NCBI GenBank assembly: GCA_002633005.1
Contig: NMRA01000094.1
Location: 24,208-88,207 of the forward strand
From: Phoronis australis
Lineage: Eukaryota; Animalia; Phoronida
DNA: 64,000 nt
Reading direction: 5' to 3'
Shown here one piece after another: positions 11,710 to 26,222 of this stretch; the stretch's first letter is position 1, and each line of letters starts with the position of its first letter. The translations under genes and the position numbers were made by a program. The notes beneath the pieces were generated by a model that ran no database searches, was not told the DNA's origin, and worked only from the letters and a program-made list of their open reading frames with translations.

Positions 11710-13133
11710 CAATCGCGGGGGTTGCAGGGCAGGATCGATTCCTCGCTGAAACAGATCTCAGAAAATTACCTTTCGCGCCGATAATGTCACCCTAAAAAAT
11801 CTATCCCAAAACGTACGTTCAAATAATAACTAAAGATAGAACACGAAAACGGTGACTGCCCGGCGTGATTCTTAATTACTAAATACATCATGGAATGCAC
11901 ATTTGTTACCTTACTACTGGTACATTTTATTCAATATCCACATCGATTTCATGAATGCGTACCGAATAAAACATCGACTCAACGCACGCAAAATGCCTAA
12001 CAATGATGCCTATAAATGAGCTTATAATTATAGTTTAATTGACCTTATCGCGGACAAATATAGCCCTCCCTGTATTTCATTCAAACCCATTCTTTCTTAG
12101 TATTTATTCTACTTGAAGCGATGTTGGGGAAAAACAACTTCTATTGACTTGAATCGCTAGTTTTAACGATTTGTAAACTACTGCCAACCTCGAATTATAA
12201 ACCCATTTACTCGAAAACCTTTTTAATATAATCACTGAGTTTTCCGTGTACGACTGAATTTGAGAGATTATCAGAAAATGACATGTATTTTAAGAATAGG
12301 TCAATAAATCTAATTTTGTTATTCATCAAAATGTGAACTTGAGTTAGATAGAACTGGAGAGAAATCAAAAAGTGGAAAGTCTAAATAGTCACCAGAAAAC
12401 AATTCCTTGTGAATAGTTCAGTCGATTTTATAGGATGATTTCAGAGCATTTATAGCAATATCTCATCATTCAAAGTTAAATAGTGTTCATATTCAGTGCT
12501 GTTCACCTTCACACTCTAGGATTTTATTCGGTTTCACAACCGGTTCTGAGCTAGCAACACTAGTTTACCTACATAGTTTACTGACGCATTGTGCACACTA
12601 ATCTAGTTTACGAGCAACATTATAGATTTTAATTACCTGTAAGTTTGTACCTGTCCTGACTTAGCGCACCTGCGTCGCGAGAAAACTATTTCGGTAAACA
12701 AATCCGTCGAGGTTTTGAGTTCTCGCTGTAACCAAGACGGACCAGTTCATTTCTGTATAGGGATGTTTAATGTAGACAACCCCTGTCAGTGGCTATTACC
12801 AGCAGAAAAAACAGTTTTGGCATCATCGCAATTTAGCAATTTTGAAGAGAGGAAATTTGAAACGCTAACTATAACAGTAACCAAACTGTAGCACATGTCC
12901 AAATATAATTTCTAAAAGTAAGCCTTGTGGTGTGCATTCGAGAATGAAGCGTCAGTGTTCCGTTCAGTAGACTATTCCAAAGAACGCCTTATACAACTTT
13001 GGGGGCGGTGGTTAAAAACGAAACATTTGCTATCCACGATTAATGTCCCAAAAGCACTTAAGGTGGAGGAAAATAACCTTTTCTATAAAGACGCTAGGTA
13101 AATGTGAAGCTTTGATCACAAAAATCCCGTAAA

Positions 13134-13236
13134 GTGGAGTAACTGACTGGCGTCATTCATAAGCAAGGTTTATCGCCACTCAGGGTGGAGTAACTGACTG
13201 GCGTCATTCATAAGCAAGGTTTATCGCCACCCAGGG
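13134..13236. repeat. Tandem duplication, 51 bp x2
   Basis: GTGGAGTAACTGACTGGCGTCATTCATAAGCAAGGTTTATCGCCAC occurs twice. Confidence 0.9.
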
Positions 13237-14356
13237 CGGAAGAGTGTTGGTGTCGCCCGTCCCCGTTCTCCACCAGTTTAGTGCCGCATCTTTTCCTGTA
13301 AGCTATTTCTAACATTTATTTACTGTTTTCCCAAAACATTTCAACCGAAATAAAAGTTGCACACTTGCTGTATGAGGCAAGCTGAGTAAGAGCCACATGG
13401 ACAAAATTGCATTCGAAGAATTTTTTGCTAACGTATTCCCGCTTGCACCTGTCCCCGTTTGACTAGTAATTAATCGTCGAGGTAACATATCAAAACGCTG
13501 TTACAGTTTTATTAAACATCTCGTTTCTGTTTTATGCAACTTTACAGATATTTCATGAAAATTAATAAGTCCTACTTTTGATAGCCCCTTTTGCAAAAGT
13601 GGAACATTCTAAAAACAATTCCTACCAGGATATTTTTTGCAGAAAGCATAGTATATGAAAGTTTAGTATGAATCCAATCAGAAGTTTCTAAGGTATGATG
13701 TTTCGAAGTCAGCAAAATTTGACCATTTATAACTCAGAACCACTGACGGTGCTCTGCGTGTGTGCATTCAATCTAAAACGAAGTCAGAATAAAAAATCTG
13801 TCATTTGAGAATTGGTAACGTACAAGGTTCTCTACTTATTTCACCAGTATACCAGTCGAAGTTTGAGCGGGAGTCATGGTCCGTCTCTGGATTACACGTG
13901 CCTGTCGGCGTGCCTCTATTGCCGTGATATCGACATGAACACACTAAAAACTACTCTGAAGTGTAAACATTGCATGTTTGATATTGAATATCAAAATCTG
14001 CTGAGGATCAACGAGCAAATTTAGGTGTTCGCGTCCCTCAGCCGCGGATCACACTGTATGCACACGAAAATGTCTGTTGCAAGCGAGACAGTTTGATCAG
14101 AGTATAAGTTTACGGATTTTGTGATGCAAACTGAAACACCGCCAGCTAGTACTCAAAAGCAAATGTCGACGTGTAATTCTTGAAATATCATGACATTTAA
14201 AACGCAACACAAGTATCGGTGGCGAGGCAGGGAAACTCATTGACAAAAGAGACAAACGGACCTTCTGCACTCTAACCAATTTTGGGAATTTGTAATATTA
14301 AATGCCCAAACCTGGTGTTAGTTGAGATGGTTAAACAGCTTTTATGTCGCCGTCAC

Positions 14357-14511
14357 CAGGGGCGGATCCAGGATTTTGAGTTGGAGGGGGACAGGAAAGA
14401 GTTTTGGCCAGGATTTTGCTCGTCAGACATTGGCAACCTCGTACTACCAAATGGACTCTGGGAGAATTTTAGGGGGGCATGGCCCCTTGGCCCCCCTTAA
14501 ATCCGCCACTG
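14357..14511 (+). mobile_element. CAG-terminated MITE (short variant)
   Basis: CAGGGGCGGATCCAGGATTTTGAGTTGG...TTAAATCCGCCACTG. TSD not recognisable. Confidence 0.85.
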
Positions 14512-17500
14512 GTACTAATATTGTTAATAAACTTGAACGGAGTCAAAGAAGACCCGTAGTTGCCTCCTGTAATAAATAGTTGCCTCCTGTATCCTCAGCA
14601 GATCACTCTTGGATAATATTTTGTTGACTACCCCCTCAGATGGCATTATTATTGCAAATTAAACATGACATACGGGACAGTTGGAAGGAAGTAAGTAGAG
14701 AACTTGTTATATCTGTGATATTTGTAGATCCTGGAACGTTGAATCAGTGACATACTCGCTCCTGCTGCATCACAAGACAGGTATATTAGAACTGAGTAAA
14801 TAAAAGCATCATGTAATACATCTATTCAGTTATACAGAACTTTGGTAGAATTTGTAATACTCCGAAATTTCTGTATCAGGGAGGCTTGTGGACGATCAAC
14901 CTACAGCGATGTTCTTAATTGTACATTCATTGCACTCCAAAAGAGACAAAGGATTCCATCTGCTGTATGTAATTATTCGCATTTTTTATATAATTTGTAC
15001 TCCAATAAGGTATTCGACTCAAAGTTTTTAATTTATTAATCTCCGGCAATATAAGAACTATTTCCAAAAAATTAAAGATGCTATGTCTTATTAGGGCCCC
15101 CTAGTGACTTCCTGAAGAACTGTATGTACAAGTATAATCGGGAAAAGAAAGAACTTGTAAATAAATTGCGGTTTTAAGGAAAATGCCACAACTGATACAC
15201 TTAAAAACAAGTGTGAAAAACCCTAGTAATTCCAAGCATTACGCAATCGTTATTTGATGGTGAAATAAACAAATAATAAAAACTGTCTTGTTTGACATTA
15301 GGCAATTTAGGGTCACATCAATGGCAATGCTGTGGGTGTTTCGCAGGGACGAGAAGTGTCTCTCTGGTTACCTGCGTGCCGCTAGGTGGAGGTAGCCGCG
15401 CCAGCACGCAGAGTGGTGGCACCAAAGACGTTAACAAGACTATTCACAAAGGCCGCCGCCATTATAGCGTCACAAAAAACATGAGCGGTGCCATGGAAAA
15501 TACACACAGGCAAAATCTAGACTCGGTATATCAAGAAAAAACTTGGGCAGTAAAGGTAATAAAAATTACGAGAAATACATCATAAGCAAGATAGTGACTC
15601 ATTTATTAGAGGTAAACAGGTGAAAATAGGTGATTGGAAGGTGAGCAGGTACAGAACATGTAGGATTTTGTCTAGGGAGGTCAGGGAAGTAATAAACATA
15701 AGACAGACCTGCTGAAGAAGAGCAAGGAGCAAAAAATGACGGGGAGCGGCCCTCAACCAAAAGGTTGGGGGCGGAAATAGCTTTTTTTTCCCAATATTCC
15801 ACGTGTTATTATCAATTAATTTACAATTAATTATTACAATTTCAGTGCACAAGCTTTGATTTAAAGTATAACTGAAAAATTAACAGACTCTCATCCCCCC
15901 AACCATTATATGTTTCCAGATCTTTGTTTCGAAAATCCGCACCTTACTACATTCAAGCAGGGGGGGCCACTCTCACCCTCTCGCCCCGGCCCCTTTGAGA
16001 GCGACTAAACAAATCGACAAGTCGACGCGGGCTGGAAAGAAAGCCAATGACCTTACTGAATTAGCCTATAGCTTGTTATGCTCTATGTGCGTGGAATACA
16101 ATACTGTTTAGCCCAATTTTGAGTGTTTGTTGCGACAACAACGCGAAGTCCGTTGCATCCAATCTGCAAAATTTAAGCAATTCATTCTTTGGTGGGTAAT
16201 TGGTCACCTTGATCGAGACACGTGAACGTCGTTTTTTAGGGAAGTACGGTTGTGTGATGGTCCTAACCATGGAGTTTGTCTAGGCGAATTCAATTAATGA
16301 AAATACTCCTATACGCCTATCCAGAATCAAGAATAGATAGCCTCCCTATTATCTGTGTCCTTGGTGTCGCTGACAATGGACAGACATGAAGCCATTGACT
16401 AAGGAGATTCAATAGCCGGTTTAATGAAATAGGGACTCTGCATTTCTTTCATTGTCCAAACTCTTTTACTATTTCATCTTCTCCACGTAGCCCATATCGA
16501 TAGTAAATTTAACGACGTCGAATTCTTATAGAGTACTATTAACAGGACTGAACTTATTTTCATTGAATGATCTTATTTTAAGAGGCGTCTACATTTTTTT
16601 CCTTAGAATACTAGGGCCCAGCTTTCACATTGTTAGAAAATGTCATGAATAAATGAGGACTTTATAATAAAGATGAAGTGGCAAGAAAATATGCCATAAA
16701 TGAGTAAACAAAGTGAGTAAACAAAGTCCACAAAGTGGTGAGAAGATTTTAAGGAACGTAGAGAAGTTCGCTAACAGATCCCTTGTGTCCCATCTCTATA
16801 GAAGAGAGCAAGGTGTTTTCAAGAATTAATGTTTCGTAAAATGCCTGGTAACTGCATGGAAGAGAAAACAAAAATACAGTACGGTAAATTTGAACTATCG
16901 CTAGCTACTGACAAACACGTGGCCGGTCTCTAACGAACTCGAAATTGTATTTGTCAATTTCTCTGCTCCTTTTGTCCGAACTCAATACTAGTGGTTATCA
17001 GACTGTGTTCGAACACATTATAGTTTATACCTATGAGTTTCTACTCCAAGTTTGCACTTGAAGACCTTTATGTTTATGGTACAAACTCGAGTAAAACTCG
17101 AAATTTCGAGTTCAGACTCAAACTTTTAGCCCTTTGTTGGGTTAAAAGGTTATGTCCAACCTTATTTAGTGGCCTCCATTCTAACTCGTATATCAAAAAA
17201 ACTAAGCTTTGTCAACTAGTAAAAGTATATATGTTCTGAAAGAACAAAGACCAGGAAATATAAATATACTTCTTGCATTTATGTGCCAGAATTATTTTTA
17301 CGTAAAAACCTTTTTTAAATCGAAATTTCATTTTTAAGAAAGATACATTCATAGCAAAATAACCCCTGGGCCGATTTTAATGAAGTCTTTTTTAAATGAA
17401 AATTTCACCAGTTACCTCAAAAACACTGTTACGAATTTTCGACCAGTCTTTTTGTTTGGTTTCTATGACAAATCAACTCGTCATATTCGTCTTTGTTACA

Positions 17501-20374
17501 TTACGCAAAAACTAGGCCTTTATATCAAAAATCCTAACAGCGTTTTTGAGAATGCTGACTAAATATTAACTTTGTAATGTTTCATCGATATCCATCAAGC
17601 CGTTTTTGAGAACTGGTGTTCAAATAAAGTCGATTTGCCGAAGCCGAGAAAAAGCCGATAAAAATGAGTGGGACAAGTGAAAATCTCTTCGGTTAATTAT
17701 TAGGTGAAAGCTTGTTATCGGTACACATAACCTATACAATTCTGAACTGAGTTAGCTATTTCAACGTTCACTCGCAATGTCAACTGATTTTGCAGTGCGT
17801 AACTAACTTAATTATCATTAAAACCTCAAATAGAGGTATTTTACCAGGGAACTTTTACTGTTGTTTATGACCTACTTTGTAAGTAGGTCACAGTTTATGG
17901 CCTGTACACGTCACGTGATGGGAAAAAGATACGAAACCAAGTAAGAAATGGATTCCAAATTGAATCAGTGGTTAAAATATGTCGTTAGCATGAGATCGAA
18001 ACATTGAAATGTCAACTTATTAATTGAATTAAGGAATTAGGGTGAGGATTTATCTCTTTTCACAACTTTCTGTGTTCTAGCATGACCACATGCAGAGGCC
18101 TGAGGCGACTCGTAGCATCGTTTTCAACGCCAACGGTCGTATGCATGTAGACGCACAACTCCCTTAGGATCAAAAGAACGTTTTGTCTTTGCTTTCCCCG
18201 GCACCATTTATCACAAGTACACCTCGTTGGCTCAATGCTAGGGCGACTTTGTGAATGAAAGGACTGAGGGTATACGAAGCTGTTCAGTACCTGGCGGGAG
18301 ATTCGATTTAATTGAAAGCGCTTTAACCTTTGACCTTGGATAAGTAGTAAACAAATATCCACGAGGTTCAGTGGTTCCAAGGTGGTTTTGCTAATTTTTT
18401 TTATTTTCTCGCTACGGGGTATATATTTTGTATTTGAAGTTCCCCGAGAATGAAGATAAGGTATTTTGCTAGACACAAGTGCAATGTTGTGAAAATGGCC
18501 AATTTTTGTGAATAAAGCTGGAGATATCCTAAACTGCAAACAATAAATTATTCACGTAAGACATCATATACTCGAGCATAGAATAATAGACACTTATCTT
18601 GAGTACCCACAAAGGTAGAGTAGAAAACGCCAAACAATTTCGAGTTCATCACAAATATGCAGTATTTTAAGGGAGTAGAGTGGAGTAGCTATTTGGGACT
18701 AATTCACTAGACCCTCCAGCATTCGTGCATGACGGTATCTGAAATGTGTAGCGAATTGGGGTGGGTTGTGTTGAATGAAACTGGATTCAAGAGAAGTAGG
18801 GTGCTGAACACCATCAAGAGATGGAATTCCTGTCTGCATTCCAATAAACCTGCCTTGCATGCCCATAGCCAAGACGCCTATTGAATACACAGTCCATTTA
18901 GGGTAGTTTTTACGATGCGTTCCAACTCTCGCAAACCATTCACACTTTTTAAAATCAACAATCAGCACTTAGTTAAGGCATATTCAGCCTATATCGGCAA
19001 GTAAAAGTGACCAAATTCAAAGTAAATAACATAAGGACGCCTTATTTCCTGACTTGATGTTTTAAGACCCGTGTCAAAACAAAAATGTAAAGAAACGACA
19101 TCGTCACTGAGTGTGACGGGGTTTCCAAGGTAGTACACATACTACCGAAGTAACCACCGATGTAAGACTCAATGTGCTTTTAAAAGAACACTTCCTTCGA
19201 CACTTCTTATGGAATATTATCAAGCGGGTTACCAAATCATACAATTAATATTTATTATGCACTGAACTCCATATCATGATTATATATTATAAATTATTGA
19301 CCAACGATGGCCAGAATGTTAACTGTATGGGATCACAAGAAATAATTCAAATAAGTAACAGCGAATCAATAAAAACAACGAATAAATAAATAAAAATGAA
19401 CAATAATAAATAAAGAATAATAAAACAAATATATGATAAAATAACAATAATCAAATTAGTAGTAATAGTAAATATTGTAATCTTTCAGATCTGAATGTAT
19501 TAAGACTGCAGAAAGAAATGAAAGAAAGTAATCAATGGCCATAGAATAAACTATTCAATAGTTCCCAAAATCATGCAAACAATTAATGATAATTTTCTAT
19601 ATAAGTGATCAAATCCAGGGACCAGTAAAGACCTTGAGTTCAAATCACCCAGTCCATCACTGGTTGACTGGCAGCAGTTTCACACAAAAAATTCTTTGTT
19701 TCAATCGTGAACATCATCTATCTTAATCAGTGGGGAAGAAAAAAGTCACGAATTTTCAATTAACTGTTGCTGCAGACGCAGGTATTACAAAAACCACCGT
19801 TGCTTTTTACCGACTGTAGGCGTCATGTCTTGCCATAGTTTAATGGTTTTGGTGCAAGAATGAAACAAATTTTGTGGTATAAACGTTTAATATTCCTGAA
19901 AAATCGGAAAATCCACAACAATTGTCACGAACAGGCCCAATAAGTTCTAACTTGTCAAGAAAATAAAACTTAAAAAGTACAATTATGTGTCACGATATCA
20001 TCTATGTTGCTATGACAAAATCACGTGACCAGTCTGGCTTGTATGCTGGCAGTCTTGGTTCCGCGTGGTAGGTACATCATGACGGCTGAGAGGATTTTTG
20101 CAATGCAACTGATTTATGGTAGAACAATATTTTTGCAATTTCAACCAGAGCAAAGCATAGTGATTTGCGTTCCAGGTACGCGAAACGTTTTTTTTGGACC
20201 GTGACTCGTGTGGCAGTGAAGGATGTCAAATGACCTCCCTGTTGCTGGATTAAAGTCCTCGGGACCCTAAGCCATAAAATGTTTAGGAACTTTAGTAATT
20301 TGAACTGTTTCCGGTCGTCACACTTGTCCAATGTTTGCTCCTTTCAGTACCAACAGCTGCCCCTATTTCTCCCA

Positions 20375-20456
20375 ACAACTGGCCCTTACAAGTACAACTG
20401 GACCTTATAACTACAACCGGCCCTTATAACTACAACTGGCCCTTATAACTACAATG
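20375..20456. repeat. Tandem repeat, 19 bp x~4
   Basis: ACAACTGGCCCTTATAACT iterations. Confidence 0.85.
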
Positions 20457-21729
20457 CCCCTGAGCTGTGGTTTATGTAGCTGAATCCGGCCTCATAAATA
20501 AACTTAACACAAAACGTTCAACAAACAACTAGATTGGCTTCATTTCCCCATTGTCCGAAAATAGTGTATTTTAAACTTCACGTTAATGTGCCAGACGACA
20601 TCTCTGAGTTAATAGTTAAATAAAAGAGAATTTAACACGCATCAAATCTTTGATGTTTCACTCGGCAGGCACTGATTTAGTTTTTCGTCACGAACTATAT
20701 GTTTTTAAATATCTGTGTGCGTGACTGGTTTTTCGGGGGCAGACGCCAGATTAGAGAACTACCGGTCTGACAAATTAAATCATGCAACACGTTTTCACGA
20801 ATGGTAGACTAAAGTGCTTTCGAAACGACACGTTTTACCGCCAACTGACCCATAAATGTTATGATCCACTAATATAAAAATTTTCACTTTTTACGATTAT
20901 TTATTTCAGATTCGTTTTCGTGATACGAGTGATAACTGTGAAGCGGTGAGTACTTTTGTTTGAATATGTCGGCCCAAAATACAACACACCCATTGTCGTT
21001 TTTCTACAAGGACGATAAACTTCAATTTCAAACTTGACACAATTTTACACATAAGTTCTACTTTATCTAGCTTACTTCCATGTAGGAACTTTGTTTCAGT
21101 GCCATGAGATATTGGGAGTTAGGAGACAACTGCTGAAATAGATAGGTTATAATGTATATGGTGACGATGAATTCGTGTTTTAGTTGCACGATAGAGATTG
21201 ATCTGTATATCGTATGGTTAGTGCTGCATCTTTGTATTTACTGGTTAATAAAAATACAATATAATTTCACATAAATTTCGCTGCAATTTTAGTTTGAAAC
21301 ATAAGGAAGCGTTTCTGACGCTTCACTCACAGAAAGGAATAATAACGAACAGACTGTCGTTTCTAAAATATGTATTTCACCACGTGACGAACCCGGATGA
21401 CGGATAACGAAAAGTGTACCAAAAATTTACTGCCGCTCCAAATACTAAATTTTGTACCGGCCAAAATTTTCTTATGGTCATATTGCTTTTGTCACAAATT
21501 GTCCCCGGCCAAATCAAATTGGAAGTGATATCAGGGAGTTGAAATAATGTCCAACAATTTGTTATTGCTCCAAACCAGTCTCAACAATTTGGCTAGTAAC
21601 GGCGTGCCATTTGTGCCCAGCGTGGTTTCAAAGAAAAACAAACTATCAGTTTTTTGTAAACCCAGAAATCACTTTTCATCTTTGTAAGGAACAATGTCTA
21701 CAATGGCAAATGGCCGTAGCTGCTTTTAT

Positions 21730-21825
21730 ATACATACATACATGCATACATACATACATACATACATACATACATACATACATACATACATACATACATA
21801 CATACATACATACATACATACACAT
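21730..21825. repeat. (CATA)n microsatellite
   Basis: Long near-perfect ATAC run. Confidence 0.97.
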
Positions 21826-21851
21826 CCCGGACCCCTTTTGCCGCGGCGTTG

Positions 21852-22028
21852 GTTTGCATATGTCCGTCTATGCTCTGTTTGCATATGTCCGTCTATGCTC
21901 TGTTTGCATATGTCCGTCTATGCTCTGTTTGCATATGTCCGTCTATATGCTCTGTTTGCACATGTCCGTCTATGCTCTGTTTGCATATGTCCGTCTATGC
22001 TCTGTTTGAGTATGTCCGTCTATGCTCT
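21852..22028. repeat. Minisatellite, 25 bp x7
   Basis: TTTGCATATGTCCGTCTATGCTCTG iterations. Confidence 0.93.
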
Positions 22029-22119
22029 CCTTTGTCACATACATCACTCGGTAATCTGCAATATTCGGCAGAGTCCTGAACTCACCGAACGTGTCTGGGG
22101 TACCAAAAATGAAGATCGA

Positions 22120-23164
22120 GAGATGTGCTGGGTTGTACTCATTATCGTCTCACACGCGCTTTGGGTACCTTCCGTCGCTTTCCGAAGGATGACACACTTC
22201 GCCGTACTTGGCTAGCTCGTTCATGTGAAGAACGCAGCGCTACCCGTCCACGCAACGTACAAAGCAGTGGAGGGTTAACGAGTGGGTGGCAAGCATTTTC
22301 TGCCGTCAGATTACGACAGAGATATGTACGCTGAATTGATGAAGAAACAACGCCTGAAGAAGAGTACCACACCGTCGCTGTGGATTCCCGGCAGTGCCCC
22401 GTCGCCAACCCCGAGAAGTGCGTTTTTGAAGCGAGAAGCCTCGTGAGCTGTGGCCACTATATACAGTGACTGGAGGCTCTTCATCTACTGTCACCCGTGC
22501 CTCCGAACGTACCCCCATTACGTGCAATTCCGGGAACAAGCAGGGATTCGCCCCGGCTGTGTTGTTGTCTCTAGCCCAGAGCCTGTAAGCAGCCCTGCAG
22601 CGTTTGTGGGAGTGAATACAGGCCCAAGGCGACACCCAGTGAAGAGGACAGTTCGTCATCCAACCTTGGTGAACAGATCGGTGAGCCTAAGTTTGATAAG
22701 TTTATTGTGGACTTGTATTGGAACTATTTAGAAGGTGCCAGGTGTGTGGCGTGGGAGTCACACGGCGGGATGTAAGCAGTTTGGGTGCTCAGATCACCTT
22801 CCAGTGGGACTGTGTCGCGGGACACTCGGGCAAGTGGGACAGTTCTTCCTCTGAAAGTGAGACGATGAGTACACCCCAGTACGCAGCAACAGCGTGGCAT
22901 GTTGACTGACTCGTTAGCAAAAGCAAATGACGACCGAACTTATCACAACCGAGGTAGAACAATGACTGACTCGATTGCTCCCACAGCCAGACTATATGAA
23001 AAGAAATTGACGCGAAATTCTTGCCTCCCAAAACGTCACTTCCTGAGTAGACGACGGTAATTAATTAAATTACGAAAAGCAGTAAATAAGTGAAAAATAT
23101 GTCTGAGATAATCAACGTACCGTATTTTTGCTAAAAATGACATGCAAAAATGTTGCTTTTGCCT
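22120..23164 (+). mobile_element. Decayed THAP-domain transposon (Kolobok-like) remnant
   Basis: THAP motifs FRRFPKDDTLRRTWL, VGGKHF and GSAP/AVP-like across frameshifts, then LFRRCQVCG..GAQITFQWDCVAGHSGKWDSS. Ends in ..GCCT|TTAA at 23164. Left end not found. Confidence 0.6.
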
Positions 23165-25454
23165 TTAAAGGTGGCTTCTACGACCGAGAAGTAACGGATC
23201 CGATACATTTACACAAAAGAACTGGAGTTCTGTGATCTATCTGAATATTTTGTGTTTAAAACAAGTCACAGATTCAACGTAGAGACTGTTCAAAGTCATG
23301 TGCATGTTCGTGAAATTTTTATAATGTTGTGTTTTAGGTACACAGTCAGTTTGTAACATGGTGTGGTTAAACACGAGGACTATTGTCATTATGGCCTGCA
23401 TTTTGAGTAAGTAAGTGAAATAACACAATGGTAACACAAGTGGCTAGCCGAGGATCCTAAGTTGTCCACTTTTTGTAACACTCTAAAACCGATGTTGTCA
23501 TCCTCATTATTGACTATGTCTGTGAAATTAAGACCGTTAGGCTGGTCAGAGTTGGATCAGTTATTTCACGCAGCGAATTGTTGCTGAAAAATTGCGAACA
23601 TTTCACAGAACGGAACGAAGCTATCTTATGAAAGATTGTCCAGCGTTCACATTGATACCGTCAGACCGGATGAAGGCAAATCTGGTGCTGTAAACATTCC
23701 CTTCATTAAACGAGACAAGGATCGATTAGGAGAAATCTTTCGAGTTTCCCCAATGGCTCTATCCACATTACATGTACATTCAAAATTGGGGGAAGGTATC
23801 AATAGAGTGGCTCTGTTCACATATTAAGCGTAGTTATCGTTTCTTATCAGATCTTATCTAAATAGAAGGCTTGAAAGCATCCGGGTTCTATTTTCCATTT
23901 TCTTTTTGGGGAAATGAAAACCGATGGAAACTATCAAATCGGAATAGAAGAATAAAAACTAGACTATGTGAGTTTTTGAATTTTCAAAATTGGTCAAGTC
24001 AGAATAGCGATTTTGTCAACAAAAACCCAAGCCTTGAGCTATTCATTTGAAAGTAGTTTCGGGTGCGGCGTATAATCTAATTAACTGCACCACTAACTCG
24101 TAAAAGCTGGATAAAACTTGTCCTGGTCTAGCTAAGGGAATTTTCATTACATAGTGAACGCTCGTAACTCGTCTGATCAGCTTGATTATGCGACTCCACA
24201 TGACACCGTGAGAATACTACATCCACAGTATAGACTTTAGTTAGGCTCTGGTCGCCCATGGTGAACGCAGGTAATTTGTCATTATTAGTACTACCACATT
24301 GGTGTTAATGGGAATTACTCGCTAGGTGGCCATCTCTATGATGTCTACTTTCTGATAAAAAATCCTTCATCGACTGATAAATCCAAATCACGCCACGTGA
24401 TATCCAACCACGTACAACTATTTCAGTCTATTAGAAACTATACTTAGCCATTATAAATCGCCAAATTCTGCTTTCTTCGTAGGCGTGTTTGCCGTTCCAT
24501 TGAAAACAACGTGATCACGTTGCTGTTCTTTCCGTTGCTTGAAATGAAATTGCATTGTTACAATGAAACCCCGCAAATGGGGAACTCGGCAATATTTCTT
24601 ACACGCGAGCTGGAGAAGGTTAGTTTAACCACCCATTTAGAGTGGCTCGAAAAAAAGAGAAGCCATTTGAAGGGAACATCCATGAAAAAGTCACCCATTC
24701 GTAGAGATTAGCGAAGAGCTGAACTTTTTTACAAGTTGAGCTGTCCAAAAATCAGGTTTAATGGGTCAAAATACACTATTACCGTAAGACTGAAATAGTA
24801 TACAATGCCATGGTGTTCGTAATGAGTACATCTTAAAACATTTATGTAAAGGTATATGTTATTTGAAAAGGGACGGAATTTGCTGTTTCGAATTACCTTA
24901 GTGAACCTTATGTACGTAAAAAGCACACATTTGCAGGTAATTGTCAAAAATTGCACTTTTGTTGTGAAAGTCACCTTCCTGATCGGCACGCCACATATAC
25001 CTTTTCAATGGGATTACCGTCAGTCCTTTGGGAATAAAACGCATGAAATTCCTTCCACTCACCGTGCAAAGCAACTTCACGAGCCTATTTTGAAACGCTA
25101 ACCACTTGCCAACTTCAAAACCTATTTTGAAAAACTAACCACTAGTCAATTCCTCTTCAGCAAAAAATATTTTTTATATGATTAAGGAATACGACTTGAC
25201 TAACTTTATAACTTTAAGTAAACAAAGTCACAAACTAGTTGTAGACAGAGGGCGCTCCTGTAATGACGCTTTCATTTTCACGGTTTTCCAATAAGTGAAT
25301 TAATTGAACATCCGGGAGTTAGTTTCAACGACTAAAGCAAACAAGTATTTTCACTAAGACGACAAAATTGGGATTTGCGGCATTTTTTTGCATCGAAGTC
25401 AGAAAATGCATTCACAGTGATGAGGCGTACGACAGTTTTTCTTTGACATCCCCT

Positions 25455-25710
25455 GCTATGCTGGATATTAGTTGAATTCTATAAACTGTGATCGATTTTT
25501 ATTGGCATCTGTGTACTGTAATCGACATTTGTTGACATCTATTAACTGTGACCGACATTTGTTGAAATCTACAACCCTGCGGTGAACTTTTGTTGAAGTG
25601 TATCAACCGCAATTGATATTTGTTTGAATCTATAAAATATGCTGGACATTTCTTGCAATCCAAAACCTGTGGTCAACATTTGCTGAAAACTGTTACTTTT
25701 TGAAATCTAC
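25455..25710. repeat. Degenerate ~40-bp tandem array
   Basis: TGTTGAAATCTATAAACTGTG..CGACATT-like units recur. Confidence 0.65.
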
Positions 25711-26222
25711 ATATGAAAGTGTAAATCTTAAATTACCATGAAAATACTGATCGCCTTTTTTTAGTCAAATCTGCCTGCCACCTCTTGACCACATCACATC
25801 ACCGAATGAATGGAAGTCTGAAGATTTCTGCCCCAACGTTACTCCAACCTAGGACGCTGCAGTCCACTGAGCGGCCATCAAGGACCACTCATGGAACGCA
25901 AAATTCCAATTCCACTTAGTAGAGGGCATCCAGCACTCTAACACCCAAGTGCATATGAATATGTACATCTTAAACCAGTGTTGAAATAAAAATCACAAAC
26001 ATTTTCAAGTCTAGTCTGCACGTCACTTGACTGGATTTATGATACTTACCCCTAGTCCTGATGGCTAAGAGGACTAGACAGCCATTAAGGTTAGCAGAAG
26101 GTTAGGGTAGAAATCTTTTCAGACTTTATTTATTAGGTCACCTCATGCAGACCAGACCTAAAAATGTTGAAATCTACTTGTTGTGTGAAAGTGAACAATG
26201 TGGCATGTGATGTCATTCCCAG

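Noticed and set aside
21611-22215. Long ORFs (HTYI and YALFAYVRLCSV repeats)
   Set aside because: Translation artefacts of the microsatellite and the 25-bp array.
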